Shown here in pieces: positions 1 through 13,401 of a stretch of DNA of 64,000 nt (within the stretch, counting starts at the first letter, position 1; the number at the start of each line of letters is the position of its first letter). The translations under genes and the position numbers were made by a program. The stretch covers positions 19,220,001-19,284,000 of the forward strand of contig NC_043012.1 in the NCBI RefSeq assembly GCF_006345805.1, read 5' to 3'. Origin of the DNA: Octopus sinensis (lineage: Eukaryota). A model generated the notes under the pieces. That model saw nothing but the letters and a program-made list of their open reading frames with translations. It was not told the origin of the DNA and did no database searches.

Positions 1-9
1 GTATATATG

Positions 10-620
10 AGAAAATCAAATCCACGAAACACAAGGAGAGATCTGTTTGTATCTCCACTGCCTGTTCTGTTATTCGCAATTAAGAAAAATAGAATTCTTA
101 GCACCAGAACACATTATATAGCTAAACAGTTTTAAACAGTTTAATTCCAATCTCAGATGTTATTCTGTTTCTTTCCCGCAGAAGTAAAATTCGCAGACTG
201 ATCTTTGTGACGTGACTCATGAGAGTAAATCTTCGATGTTGTTCATGGGTCGTTGCTCCTTATTTACTGTGGCAGTGTAATGAAGATGGATTTCCTTAGA
301 CTTTCTGGAAAATTCCCATCATCATACATCTTGTTTATTACATCTGTCAGTTTTCTAATTCCATATTACTCTAATGTTTTCATTAGCTCAATAACTATTC
401 CGTCTGCCCCAGCAGATTTGTTTTTCCTCGTTATTTTGATGACTGCGTTTATTTCAGATGGCAAGGTAGTTGGAACATCATTAGAGTCAGGATAATCAGG
501 CAAAACTGCTCTCGCATGATGAAATAAACATCTATCTCTATCCATCAATTCAAAATATCAATCTTCTCAACCAACATGGTACCATCATTTGCTCTGATAC
601 CCACAGAATTTGAAATTTTC
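10..620 (-). pseudogene. RTE-clade LINE reverse transcriptase fragment (decayed)
   Basis: ORF 366..548 reads EINAVIKITRKNKSAGADGIVIELMKTLE, the K-A/S-G-D-I motif at the start of the RT. It continues with frameshifts into LTDVINKMYDDGNFPESLRKSIFITLP and a SHESRHK-like segment, typical of RTE RTs. Confidence 0.8.
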
Positions 621-1199
621 TATTGATAGATAGATAGATAGATAGACAGACTGACAAAGCGCATATGATGAGAACAGAGGCTGACCTCAATACAGTTTCA
701 TATGAATGACTATATTTGTTGAATGATGCAACTATAGAATGTCACACGGCTTCGAGTGTTTAGAACAAAACTAGTAAATAAATGAATATTTAGGGGCATG
801 AAAAATATTATTTATTTTTACTCCTATTTTTATGCAATATTATTTTTATTCCTATTCTAAACACTTAAGTATTTGTTTCTAATTTTTTTCTCTCTTCAAT
901 TTCAATTTCTATTTGGATTTTATCTAACTTTTCGCTTCGTAATTTCGAAATATTTGAATCTCTTATTGCATTCAATTTAACTTTAAAATATTTCATTCTT
1001 AGCCTTAAACTTTAGAGTTTCTCAGAGTCATTTATATATTTTATTATTCAAATTTTATGGCCCAAATTTTACTATACAATTATGACCTGAATATCGCGTC
1101 CTTTAATGTTTTATTTGAAAGAAATTTTACAATATATACTTTATTCGTTCTCATTTTGGCTCTCTCTATGTTTAGCTCCTTGTGTGCAATAAATAAACA

Positions 1200-1396
1200 A
1201 GAATAGTTAGCACGCCGGGCGAAACCCGTAGCAGTAGTTTGTCTGTCTTTACTTTCTGAGTTCAAATTCCGCCGAGGTCTACTTTGCCTTACATCCTTTC
1301 GCGATCGATAAATTAAGTACTAGTTGCTTAATGGGGTCGATCTAATCGACTGGCCCCCTCCCCCAAAATTATGGGATTTTTGCTTAGAGTAGAGAA

Positions 1397-1400
<4 letters not shown>
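1200..1400 (+). mobile_element. tRNA-derived SINE family B (Nin/Deu-like core), single copy with short tail 1
   Basis: B-box-like gagttcaaattcc, core gccttacatcctttcgcgatcgataaattaagtac and tail gactggccccctcccccaaaat. Homologous to copies at 29188, 37950 and 60597-61676. Confidence 0.8.
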
Positions 1401-1433
<33 letters not shown>

Positions 1434-2429
1434 CGCCACTGTAGCATGTGTGTGATAGCTACTTAAAAAAAAACCTTAATGGTATTGCTTAATTGTAAAT
1501 CTATGATGTATAATAAGCACTATGCAATACGATATAGCAGAATGTAGAATCTTGTATATATTTGTAAGTATATTTCTTCGAAAAAAATGGATACGATTCT
1601 TTTTTCTGCGTAAGCAGACCCCAATTATTTTCTTGCAATTCTAGATCTTTGATAATAAAAATAGGATGGTATCTTTCAATATATGAATATTTTATCTTAT
1701 TTTCGTTAGTTTCTCACCTGAGTAAAACATATGAGGTAAATGTATTTTGTTTACGTTAGTGCAGAAACAGGATTCGTGTTTGCTATCTTTATCTTGTCTA
1801 AGTGACGTAAGATATGATCTTGAAAGCTAGGGGGAAAATATTCTCATGATTAAGTGTGAGGACGTCGACGTAGTTACAAACCTGAAAGCCTCTTATGCTT
1901 TCGAATTTAATAACATTCAATTGATGTCTATGAATTTCGTAACATGTGTTGTCTTCATATAGATGTAAAATGTGGGGGTGTTCACGGAGATTGACAACTC
2001 AGAAACGCAGAAAAAACCAAATTGTTATGCAAATCTAATAATCGAGGGAAGATTTTACATGTGTCCAACACCTGCAATCAAGAACTAAATTCTCCCAGAG
2101 AAAATAAGGTCAATATGTATAATGTACTATTACATACAACGCAACTGGAAACAAATGGAAGAACTAGGAGTGTATAACTGCCTCGCACTGTATTGGGGAA
2201 ACACAGCAGAATTTACCATAGTAACCACTACACTCGGATTATGTAGCAATGCGTTAATAAAAAAATATCACTGATAAGATACGTCACACAAAATGATGAT
2301 TAATACTATGTCCAGCAGCGTACGTAATTCAATACATTATATACAGATACTCACACACTCACACTCACCCACGCACACATACATATATATACGCACGCTT
2401 CTTTATACATACATACATACACACACACG

Positions 2430-2471
<42 letters not shown>

Positions 2472-2864
2472 ATGATATTATAAAGTTGCAACAAAGCAAA
2501 CAAGAATCGTTTATATAATGAAAAGCGCTTTTATAGGCTCGTCTATGTCCACGAGCAAAATATATAAATATAGCAGATATGTAGCAATGATAATTGTTCT
2601 CCATTAAGTAAATGCTTCAGTATATGAAGATCGACTAGAGACGAGATGATACTCACTAGTCAATATAGGAGATATGAGACAAGGCAATAAAAATAATATC
2701 ACATGCATATGAAGAAAAATCGAAACACACAGATATTTCTATACCTATACATGATATATGTGTGTGTATGTGTGTGAGCTAATATACATACATATATACA
2801 TATACACAAACATACTTACATATATATATATATACATATATACATATATACATACATACATACA

Positions 2865-2912
<48 letters not shown>

Positions 2913-3155
2913 CGCACACACTCATATATATATAAGCAATAATAAGTCTCTGAGCGAGACATAAACAGTAGCAGCACGACATTGTGAAGTATATTTCCCG
3001 AACGATAATTTTCCATTTGCAAATGCTGATAGGTCATAGACAGTGTGATTTGGCCAGCTGGAGGAGATGTCTTCCTGAGGCTATAAACTACAGTAGCATC
3101 GTCCATTAGAGGTTAGCCACATTTAGGTGGCAAATATACTTCACTTTATATATAT

Positions 3156-3558
3156 TCTCTTTTACTCTTTTACTTGTTTCAGTCATTTGACTGCGGCCAT
3201 GCTGGAGCACCGCCTTTAATCGAGCAACTCGAACCAGGGACTTATTCTTTTGTAAGCCCAGTACTTATTCTGTCTGTCCCTTTTGCCGAACCGTTAAGTA
3301 ACGGGGACGTAAACACACCAGCATCGGTTGTCAAGCAATGCTAGGGGGACAAACACAGACACACAAACTTACACACACACATATATATATATATACATAT
3401 ATACGACAGGCTTCTTTCGTCTACCAAATCTACTCACAAGGCTTTGGTCGGCTCGAGGTTTTAGTAGAAGACACTTACCCAAGGTACCACGCAGTCGGAC
3501 TGAACCGGAACCATGTGGTTGGTAAACAAGCTACTTACTACACAGCCACTCCTGCGCC
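3156..3558 (-). mobile_element. tRNA-derived SINE family A, full-length copy
   Basis: The minus strand reads ggcgcaggagtggctgtgtag (A-box region), ggttcagtcc (B box), ggtaccttgggtaagtgtctt, an internal TA/CA microsatellite, then the tail ctccagcatggccgcagtcaaatgactgaaacaagtaaaagag. Many homologues in the window. Confidence 0.85.
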
Positions 3559-3560
3559 TA

Positions 3561-3671
<111 letters not shown>

Positions 3672-3673
3672 TA

Positions 3674-3830
3674 GGCGCAGGAGTGGCTGTGTGGTAAGTA
3701 GCTTGTTTACCAACCACATGGTTCCGGGTTCAGTCCGACTGCGTGGTACCTTGGGTAAGTGTCTTCTACTAAAACCTCGAGCCGACCACAGCCTTGTGAG
3801 TGGATTTGGTAGACGAAAGAAGCCTGTCGT
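3674..3830 (+). mobile_element. SINE A 5' half, inverted duplicate of 3403-3558
   Basis: Reverse complement of 3403-3558 with about 3 substitutions and 1 indel. Confidence 0.9.
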
Positions 3831-4099
3831 ATATATATATATATATAGTAAACAATAAAATATTTATAAATAAGAAGACTGCAAAGAATGTTTTCTCATG
3901 CCCAACATGAAATCAATTGATATTGGGTAATATAAACTATCTTCAAATTCTAGACTGAAGGTAGGCCTATTTTTAAAAGTTTCCATTGCATTGCTCGTGT
4001 GTGTATTTATCGTAAGATTGTTGGTTTTTGAGGTTTTCGCTTTCATCTTTTATTCATATATATAATATATACACAGCAGTGGCTGTGTGCAAGAAGCTT

Positions 4100-5488
4100 G
4101 GTTCCGTGCATGCGTTGTCCAGTAGTTGTTGTGTGAATTTGTTGATAGACGGACGGTTTTTTTCGTTCTAGCTTAGCAAATGTATTCAAACCTTAGTGGT
4201 TCTGAGTTGTCTTCAGTAGAGAAGGAGCTGGTATGGGCGGTCATAAAAATGGACTGCGTGTTGGAGAAGGCAAGTAGTTCCGCTGAGCCCACGGAGATGA
4301 AGCGAAGGGAATTGGACTTGGCTGGTCTGAAGGAGAATGAGAAGATGGTACAGAAGGTGGGCGGCGAATTTTGGAGCGGATAGAGAGAAAAACGATAATC
4401 TATAAGGTGTTTTGGTTAAAAGGAAAAAAGGCTGAGCTGGTGGAAACTGAAATGGAAAAGGCGCTAAGGGAGCGGTCAAAGAAAATAACACACATAACAA
4501 AAGGAAGGAGATATAGGACAACGGTTGTCCAATTTAGGACAGTAGAGGAGGTGAGGAGGCTGGCGAGAGTGGCAGTAAAAACAGAGGATGTAGTGCTTCT
4601 GACCACATGTCTTAGAAGAAAATCTTCCATGGTAAGTGTAGAAGCAATCCCACCTGATATAGAAGTGGCTTAGGTGGCCGTTGCTGTCCTTGTTGGAAGC
4701 GAGGAGAAAGTAGCTGTCCTTGAAACCACAGAAAGGGAAGAAAAAGGGTGGGAAGGGGAGACACAAGAACTAATTTTACAGGCGGGGGAGGGGAAACTGG
4801 AGAGTTTGGCAGGGACGGTGACGTTGGGGGAAATTGTGCTGAGAGTGTGGGTAGAGGGCTGAGTACCAATTTTCTTTAAATGTAGCCAAAATGGCCACAT
4901 TAGAGAATAATAACTTCTACAGAGGACAATAGCAGGAGAAACATTTGTGGAGATGGAAGACAAAAGAGAGGAAGAAAAGACAGACGAAGGAAAGGAGGAA
5001 AAGGAGGAAGAATTGAGAGTAACAGAGAGAAGAAGGAAGAAAAGAAAAAAAGGAAAGAACACTGAGTCTGATGTGGTACCCCAGTCCAACTTCATCCCAC
5101 CCAAGACCACTCAGATATCTCTTACCCATACACACACGCCATTTCCCCACAGGAAAGAAAGAAACAAAGAGCGGGCACCTCAGAATTTAGAAGACTCCTA
5201 CGAGAGAGTGCAGTCATGGAGCGATAGCGGAACTGGAACAGAGATTAAAAGGAAATGATGACTCAGAGGCGGCGAGTAGTTTTCCTCGATGTGCGATGAG
5301 TGGCACACTCTTCATATTTTCACTTTCAACTATCACGCATGTTATCATAATTTTAAATTTTCGTCATGTCATTTTCATGTGTCATTCATAGTATCATATT
5401 TTATTTTTATACATTTTTAATTATGAGTCCCTAAACGGGATGTACTGTCCTCTCTGTGTAATAGCTTTATGGCAAAAATATTGAAATA
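4100..5488 (+). mobile_element. L1/Tx1-like non-LTR element with a decayed ORF1 (gag-like, zinc knuckle) and no ORF2
   Basis: ORFs 4371-4673, 4674-4862 and 4947-5258 lie in one frame separated only by stops. RVWVEG*VPIFFKCSQNGHIRE is a decayed CCHC knuckle, followed by a K/E-rich tail. The T-rich 3' region ends in aataaa at 5485-5490. Confidence 0.65.
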
Positions 5489-5625
5489 AAGAAGCTTCCC
5501 AACCACACGGTTTCGAGTTCAGTTCCACTGCATCGCACCTTGCGCAAGTGTCTTCTACTATAGCCTCAGGTCGACCAAAGCCTTGTAAGTAGATCTGGTA
5601 GACGGTCAATGAAAGAAGCCCATTG

Positions 5626-5704
5626 TATATATATCTATATATATATATATATATATATATCAATCTATATATATATATATATATATAATATATATATATT
5701 ATAT

Positions 5705-5738
<34 letters not shown>

Positions 5739-5772
5739 ATATATATATATATATATCAATCTATATATATAT

Positions 5773-5819
<47 letters not shown>

Positions 5820-5906
5820 TATATATAATATTATATATATAATATAATATATATATATTATATATATATATATATATATAATATATATTATATATATATA
5901 TATCAA

Positions 5907-5945
<39 letters not shown>

Positions 5946-6000
5946 ATCTATATATATAATATTATATATATAATATAATATATATATATATATATATATA
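5626..6000. repeat. Compound (TA)n microsatellite with a recurring tcaatcta interruption
   Basis: Seen directly. The interruption recurs at about 5660, 5756, 5903 and 5943. Confidence 0.95.
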
Positions 6001-6056
6001 TACTTTTAAATATTTGTTGTGCAATATTTTTTCTGTGAAGTCGTGTGTTGAAACAG

Positions 6057-6282
6057 ATATTGTTATATTTCGGAAATGGCTGACGGTTAGTAAGGAGGGA
6101 CACAAATAAGAAAGAAGAAAACAAAGGACCACTGATGCGGTCACAGGAGTGTGACGAAAGAACTCTGGCCGAAATAAGATTAAGATTAATGTAAAAAATA
6201 AATAACAATGAAGCAAAATAACACCAAATATATAGTGCGTGTGTTTTTATTGGCTAAACTGGCAAAATGGCCATTCCGAAAT

Positions 6283-6292
<10 letters not shown>
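6057..6292. mobile_element. MITE of about 235 bp with 23-24 bp terminal inverted repeats (TIRs)
   Basis: atattgttatatttcggaaatggc (6057-6080) matches the reverse complement of gccattccgaaatacaacaatat (6270-6292) with 1 mismatch and 1 indel. No ORF; TA at the ends. Confidence 0.65.
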
Positions 6293-6375
<83 letters not shown>

Positions 6376-7560
6376 TTATATACATGTGCGTGTATTTATG
6401 TGTGTGTTTATCCCCCCACCATCGCCTGACAAACGATGCTGGTGTGTCTACGACCCTATAACGAAGAGGTTCGGCAAATGAACCGATAAAATATTACTAG
6501 GCTTACAAAGAATAAGTCCTGGGGTTGATTTGTTCAACTAAAGGCGGTGCTCCAGCATGGTTGCAGTCAAAGCTTGAAACAAGTAAAAGAAAATAATAGG
6601 AATAAAACAATACACATATACCTTTCAATTTATCGTTCTGTAACTAGATATATGTGTGCGGTATTGTGTGCATGTGTGTATATGTGTGTTTGTTCGTGCG
6701 TGTGTGTGTCTATATCTGTTTAATCTCTGTTACTTGTTTCAGTGATTGGACTATAAATTGTAGAAAGAATACACAAATGAGACAATCGTTAATTATTTAA
6801 AGGGTAAAAGAAAAGTTAGTTTGATTAAACATTAACTTCATAAATCATTGAATAGTGATTCATACGAAAAATTTCTGACTGCTGTTTACTAATTAGATGT
6901 AATGAGATTGAAGCTCCTTCGCTGCATTGATATGCCCTGAAGCAAAATCTAAGGATTAAGCCAACATGTAGAATGTTTTTATATATTTTAGTTACTATCA
7001 AATATATTTCAATGCACCGAACGTTTAAAGTATAGGACAGAAATTGAAACATGATTTCCTTAAATAAATAATATTGCATTTACTAATTTAAAATATGTAC
7101 GTGTCCTACAGCTCAGCTTTTGTTACTGTGGTTTGGCAGTCACTGTTGTTTGCATATAACTAAATAGGTATATGTGATTATATATAATGAAAACATCGGA
7201 GGGTTACACGTTGAATGAATGAAGAACCTACAAAAGTAGTGACTAATACTCATACATATACACAAACAATCGTCCTCTGATATATGTGTGTTTATGTGTA
7301 AGTATTCCAATTATCAAAATAGCAAAAACGGTCTCAGTTGTTATTCGAAAACTTCATTTTATTTTGCGTGTATTACTGAACAGGGAAAATTGACATTAGA
7401 ACGTGAAATGTAGCCGCCATATGGAGTTCTAGCTAGCATCACTTAAGTTCGTGTGATCACCGCCTTATATACATATATAGAATGACAGAGATAAATAGAT
7501 AGAAAGATATATACATACATACATACACACGCACACACACACACACATATATATATATAT

Positions 7561-7790
7561 TGCTTTATTCCTTTTTCCTTTTACTTGCTTCAAACTTTGA
7601 CCGCAGCCATGCTGGAGCACTGCCTTTAGTTGAACAAGTCGATCCCAGGATTATTCTTTGTAAGCCTAGTATTTATTCTATCGGTTCCTTTGCCGAACCG
7701 CTAATTACGGGGACGTAAGCACACCAACATCTTTTGTCAGGCGATGGTGGGAGGACAAACACAGACACAGATACACACACACATCTATAT
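7561..7790 (-). mobile_element. SINE A 3' half
   Basis: Homologous to 3156-3380 (gccatgctggagcac, ccgaaccgctaattacggggacgtaa). Confidence 0.8.
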
Positions 7791-8262
7791 ATATTTAGTC
7801 GTTCGACTTCATTATATTAAATCGTATTGAAAAATCCCAGAATTGTGCTGACGGTTGCAAACAGTAAATGTCATCATTTCACGTGCTGTAAGGCAATGGC
7901 GTTTGTGAAGTTCGTGTCACTAAATTTCAAAAACGTTTTATGTTAAATGAAGTGTCAAGTAGTTCAAAAGCGGTGAGTGATATTATGGAAACTGATTTTG
8001 AAGCGCAAACGTTTTCTATTTTATGTTCATATCAATCTCTTTTATTTTATGTTCGTTTCAAATCAAGAAGTATTATTCAATGTTATACTATTCTATAGAT
8101 ATATCTTTAAGATTATAATCAGTCATTTTATATGTTTATTGAAATTCCTTAGATGATTCCTAACACAGATATCCACTGCTGGGGTATATTTCATTACAGT
8201 AATGTTAAGATATTTTCCTTTTTCTTTTTTGTTATGAATTAATATTGATACCCAACGGAAGT

Positions 8263-8652
8263 GGAGGTACAATGGCCCAGTGGTTAGGGCAGCGGACTCG
8301 CGGTCGTACGATCGCGGTTTCGATTCCCAGACCGGGCGTTGTGAGTGTTTATTGAGCGAAAACACCTAAAAGCTCCACGAGGCTCCGGCAGGGGATGGTG
8401 GTGAGCCCTGCTGTACTCTTTCACCACAACTTTCTCTCACTCTTACTTCCTGTTTCTGTTGTACCTGTATTTCAAAGGGCCGGCCTTGTCACTCTCTGTG
8501 TCACGCTGAATATCCCCGAGAACTACGTTAAGGGTACACGTGTCTGTGGAGTGCTCAGCCACTTACACGTTAATTTCACGAGCAGGCTGTTCCGTTGATT
8601 CGGATCAACCGGAACCCTCATCGTCGTATCCGACGGAGTGCTTCAATCCAAA
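8263..8652 (+). mobile_element. tRNA-derived SINE family C, full length with TSD
   Basis: A box tggcccagtgg and B box gtttcgattcc. Near-identical to 61701-62090. Flanking duplication acccaacgRaag at 8250-8261 and 8653-8664. Confidence 0.9.
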
Positions 8653-9782
8653 ACCCAACGAAAGAATACACATTTCAAACTTGGCTTTTCAACGTACGAC
8701 AAAATATTTGCTTTAAAATTTGAGACCAGGTAGAAAGCATTGATTTTGTCGCACGCTACTTGAACTATTACCTTCGCTTCTTTAACTGCAACCAATTTTT
8801 TATTTAACCACTAATTGACTCAACATATGTATAATTAATATCGATTTTTAAAGAATACAATTAGTAGAATATACTAATTTAATAACTATTTGCAACGCCA
8901 ATGAATTATGTATATAAAGTAGCGTTTTTTTTCTAAGCTACGTTTATTTAATAATTAAACATGAACTAGACATAGTTTATATTCCTATGATAATTAGAGA
9001 ATTCTATTGCTTTCCTTTTCTTTTATTGGCATGTATATTTTTGCACCTGATTAGCTTAGAATTGTATGTTGTTTAAGTTTTTAACAACTAATATGGAAGA
9101 TTATTCTAATTAGTAATTGATGTGAAACTGATTTTTAACACATTATTACTAATAAATAATTGCTAGGTATAATAAATAATGGATTATTTTAAATGGGGAA
9201 TACTGTAAGTAGACTATGAATTTACCAATTATTGTCAGCTTCTAGTAGAACATACTGATTTAATAACACGGTTTTAGCATTTCATTATAATAATATATTA
9301 GGAAAATATATTAATTCACAAAATATTTATTGCCTGTTTTATCATCAATGGAATTATATTGCATAAGCATAGAAAAGATTTCTATAGCACCTTTACAAAT
9401 AACACAAATCTGACAGGAGCTGGCAAACAGATCGCAGCCTGCAAAATTTAATTATGACGTAGAGGTATTACACATTAATCGAAGTAGGTTCAAATTTGGT
9501 CGGCATTAATTTATATCAAGTGTTTTAAGTTGTTTAGAGTTGATACGGTTTATAATTAAACCGATTATCGGGCGAAGATATGTATAGTTGGAATTGGATA
9601 TAAAATAATAATAGTGAAATATCTTAATTTAGTTACCAGTGGCATATTTTGTTTATGTCCAGTAATTACTCGTGGATTATATATAATTTGTATCTCTATA
9701 ATAATTAGCACCATTTATTGATATCTTCTTAAAATTTCTGTCGTGTGTCATTATATTTGTGTTACTAATGACCAGCGGATTG

Positions 9783-9880
9783 ATTAGTTAATATTAGTAG
9801 TATATACTAACTGGGATAATGTTAGCCATAAATTAGTTAAAATTAGTAGTATATACTAACTGGGATAATGTTAGCTATAA
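9783..9880. repeat. 49-bp tandem duplication
   Basis: attagttaaWattagtagtatatactaactgggataatgttagcYataa occurs twice, with 2 mismatches. Confidence 0.9.
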
Positions 9881-11382
9881 ATTATAATGACTATTTCATA
9901 TAGATCAGCTATATTTTATAACAGAACATTTCTTTTATAAGCTACGATAATTCGATCTCCAATGCTATGAACACACTTATCTTTGATGAAATTGTACGAG
10001 TGTTGACATATGTGAAATAAATTAATCTAACATCGTCCTAGATTGTTATTTTGGGGGTTACGGTTAATAGAATTCTGAGATACCATCTAGAATGAGGAAA
10101 ATGGTAACTAGATATTTTAAATTTCTTCTCATTTCTCCTCACAATTTTATTTGGAGTTAATTGATTACAAATTTGAGTAAACTGTTAGGTAACTGCGTTC
10201 GATACAAAATTGTTTTTGAGCAATATCTCGTTGTCGAAATAATTGCTGTAGATAAATACAAGATTTATTGAAAAGCCTTTCATTAAAATTCAATTCTTTA
10301 TGCAATGCATAGAAATTTAACTGCGTTAAATTATACAATTGGTCGTTAAATCATATGACTTACTGAATAGTTCGTCTGTCACATAATAATTACAACATAT
10401 TACCATAATTTGATTACCAATATTTTTTAAATAACTGATTGTGCCGTTTAAATTTTATATGCTTGAGGTGACAGCTACTTTGTTATTCACTGAATGTTTA
10501 CTTAAAAATGTAAGTGGCGTGTTTTATATTTATATTTGTGGTTACATATAATGATTATATTAGTTGTTGTATTTCTTTACAATATCGAATGAGAAAAGTT
10601 TGAAACAAATTTTAAATGGTTGATTCAAAAGTATGATTCTACTTCGCACAAATACCTATTCAATGTTTGCATACATTAAAAACATATATACATAAAAAAA
10701 TATTTTATATATGTATATATATATATACATATATGTGTGTGCCTTTTTTACACATCTTGCCAAGCGGCACCCACAAAACGAGTATTAGTGTATATTAATA
10801 TATACTTTAGATATATCAGTACACGCACATGCCCACACATACTTACATATATGCATACATACAGATAGATAGAGAGAGACAGACAGAGACAGAGATTGAT
10901 AAACTGACAGAATGACAGCGAAACAGACATATAGATACGTAGTTTGATTATATGCATCTGAATTTGTGAGCACAGCGAATGAAGATTTATTTAATGCGAC
11001 AAATTTAAGAGTATCATGATTGAACGGTTCAAAGAAAATGAAGTCGCAGTATGTGATATACAAATTCATTCGATTTGCTAAATTAATGGTTACACTCTAT
11101 CATATTAATACCACGGATCAGTAATTACACGTTTGGAGTAAAAACCTATTTGGTTTGCCTCGTAGTGCAGTAATATTGTCTTATATTTAGGTATACGAAA
11201 TTAATTAGATATGTAGCACAGTAATTCCTGTGTGTCCCAATTCCGAATTCATCAGCTGGACTCATGATGAACATTCAGTAGAGTAAATAAATATTTCTGT
11301 AATAGTATAATTTCTCAATAAAATTTTTAGTTTGTTTTCCTGTACGAATTGGGGTACCGTTCTTATACATAGATGCATTTAT

Positions 11383-11567
11383 AGGAGCAAGCGTGACAAT
11401 GTATTAAGAAACTTGCTTCTCAAACATAGAGTTCCAGGTTCAGTCTCACTGTGTGACACCTTGGGTAAGTGTCTTCTAGTATAGACTCGGACTGACCAAA
11501 GAATTGCGAATTGATTTGATTGAAGGAAAGTAAGAAACTCGCCGTATATGTATATATATATATATAA

Positions 11568-11613
<46 letters not shown>

Positions 11614-11805
11614 ATGCGTGTGTGTTTGTATGTCTGTTTCTGTTTCTGTGTTTGTACCCCAGCACCGCTTGTTAGTGTATTTAGGTCCCCGTAACTTAAG
11701 TTTGGCAAAATTATTCGACAGAATAAGTACTAGGCTTCAGAAGATTAATTCTAGAGTCGATTTTCTCGATTAAGTCCTTCAATGACTGAAACAAAGATTA
11801 AAAAA
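11383..11805 (+). mobile_element. SINE A, diverged copy with a small deletion in the tail
   Basis: ggttcagtctcactgtgtgacaccttgggtaagtgtctt, an internal TA/TG run, and a tail ending aatgactgaaacaag. Confidence 0.75.
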
Positions 11806-11877
11806 TACGGCATATTCTGCCTACATTTTATGAATTTTACGCTCCCTTCCACAAGAACAACTTCATGTATTGATGAA

Positions 11878-12541
11878 ATGTCGGCAACGTTGGAGAGCAG
11901 AACTATTAGACCTGTAGTTGAGAAAGCGTTAGCTTACCGGGAGAAACGGGAGCAACTTGTATATCGGAAAATATTTACTAATAACATGATGATCGGTGCC
12001 GGGTATCAAAATTCCGATATCATAACGGCTTCTGAACGTCTATGAACGCTCTGTACAGACTGTAATACGTAACATAGGCAGCCTCAACGGCAACTACGAA
12101 GCTATGGCCAGCAAGACTGTAATGGTTTTGTGTGTCTCCAGTGAAGGTGACTTCATGCTATATATCCTTGAATCGGGCTTTAGAATCAATTCAGACAACC
12201 AAGTGAAACTGCATGAGAATTTTGTCAAAGCCTGGGCGGAGAAGGTTGTTGCTAGAAGGCTTATATGACTGGCATCAGAATACAGCTCTTTGTCACTGGA
12301 AAATATCAGACGTTCTTGTGCGTGGATTTCTAGGTCTTCACCAGTACTAGTTTCTAGTCACTTCATTCCACTCATTGTTATCACAAGGATTACTAAGTGT
12401 AGAGAGCAGTTTAGAATGACAGCAACAACTCTGACTGACTGCAGAGTTGAGTTTCAAGATCAAGCAGGTGTTCAAAAATCTTTCGCGGAGAACGCATGTG
12501 GCAGTTTTCGGGGCTATCATGAGGGCGGCTACTTTAACTAA
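11878..12541 (+). pseudogene. Tc1/mariner-superfamily transposase remnant (maT/DD37D-like), internally deleted
   Basis: SRTIRPVVEKALAYREKREQL (helix-turn-helix region), VMVLCVSSEGDFM...VKAWAEKVVARR, a frameshifted YDWHQNTALCH (WQQDSAPCH-like), and a C-terminus NACGSFRG..EGGYFN*. Confidence 0.6.
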
Positions 12542-13304
12542 ACAGTTCTTTCCCAGTCATACCCTACTTCATATTTTTTGATTATTTTTTTTAAATATAT
12601 TTATTTCTGGAAGGGATATTTTGCTATTTGCCTTTTATGCAAGCTTTCAAATTTGCTTCGAAAATGCCGTAGAGACCTTAAAAACAAGAGCGATAAAATA
12701 ATCCTTTTGTTCTGTACTAATCCCATAAATAGGAAAATCAGGATTGGCTCATAGTTATCAAATCCGAGTGTATTTTGTTTGAAATATTGCTATAAATATA
12801 TGCAATTCTAGACATACTCACAAAAATTCACATACGCAGACTCGTCAAAGCCGTGAATTCTAAGACATACTTTATTTAAAATACCAGTATGTAATAAAAG
12901 AATAAACTACCTGTTGATGTTATATAAATTACATTTAAAAAATCCGCTTCAGTATACATATAAAAAATACATATACATAGTCTCAAAATCTTAAATATAG
13001 AGAATATCTCTCATGATATTTTCATTGAATCTGAGTGTCGAAACAGATATGTTACTTCTTTGGAAGAGACATACTGGAAGGAAATAAAGAGTTACTTTTT
13101 GAAGAACATTTGTTAATAATTTAAGTTCATTAATTAACAATGCATAAAAGAAATATGAACATCAGATCGTGCAATTTTATCGCATCAGTAAAGCTGTCAA
13201 TGACGCTATTCTCGCAAATGTATTCATGCAAATACACCGAGAGACACAGCACACAGACATGCATACCCACTAACACTGGCATACATATTTTCATATATAT
13301 ATAC

Positions 13305-13357
<53 letters not shown>

Positions 13358-13362
13358 CATAC

Positions 13363-13401
<39 letters not shown>

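Larger units (their letters stand above)
4073..6595 (+). mobile_element. SINE A copy split by nested insertions (head 4073-4099, body 5489-5625, tail about 6385-6595)
   Basis: The three pieces are collinear with the SINE A copies elsewhere in the window. aagaagctt occurs at both 4091-4099 and 5489-5497. Confidence 0.65.

Noticed and set aside
8263-8340. tRNA-like sequences here and at 3674 and 61701
   Set aside because: A and B boxes are present but they continue into conserved SINE bodies with tails, and SINE C has TSDs. They are SINE heads, not tRNA genes.
13008-13050. ctcatga ... cgaaac hammerhead-like spacing
   Set aside because: The core is mutated and there is no G-C closed stem II.
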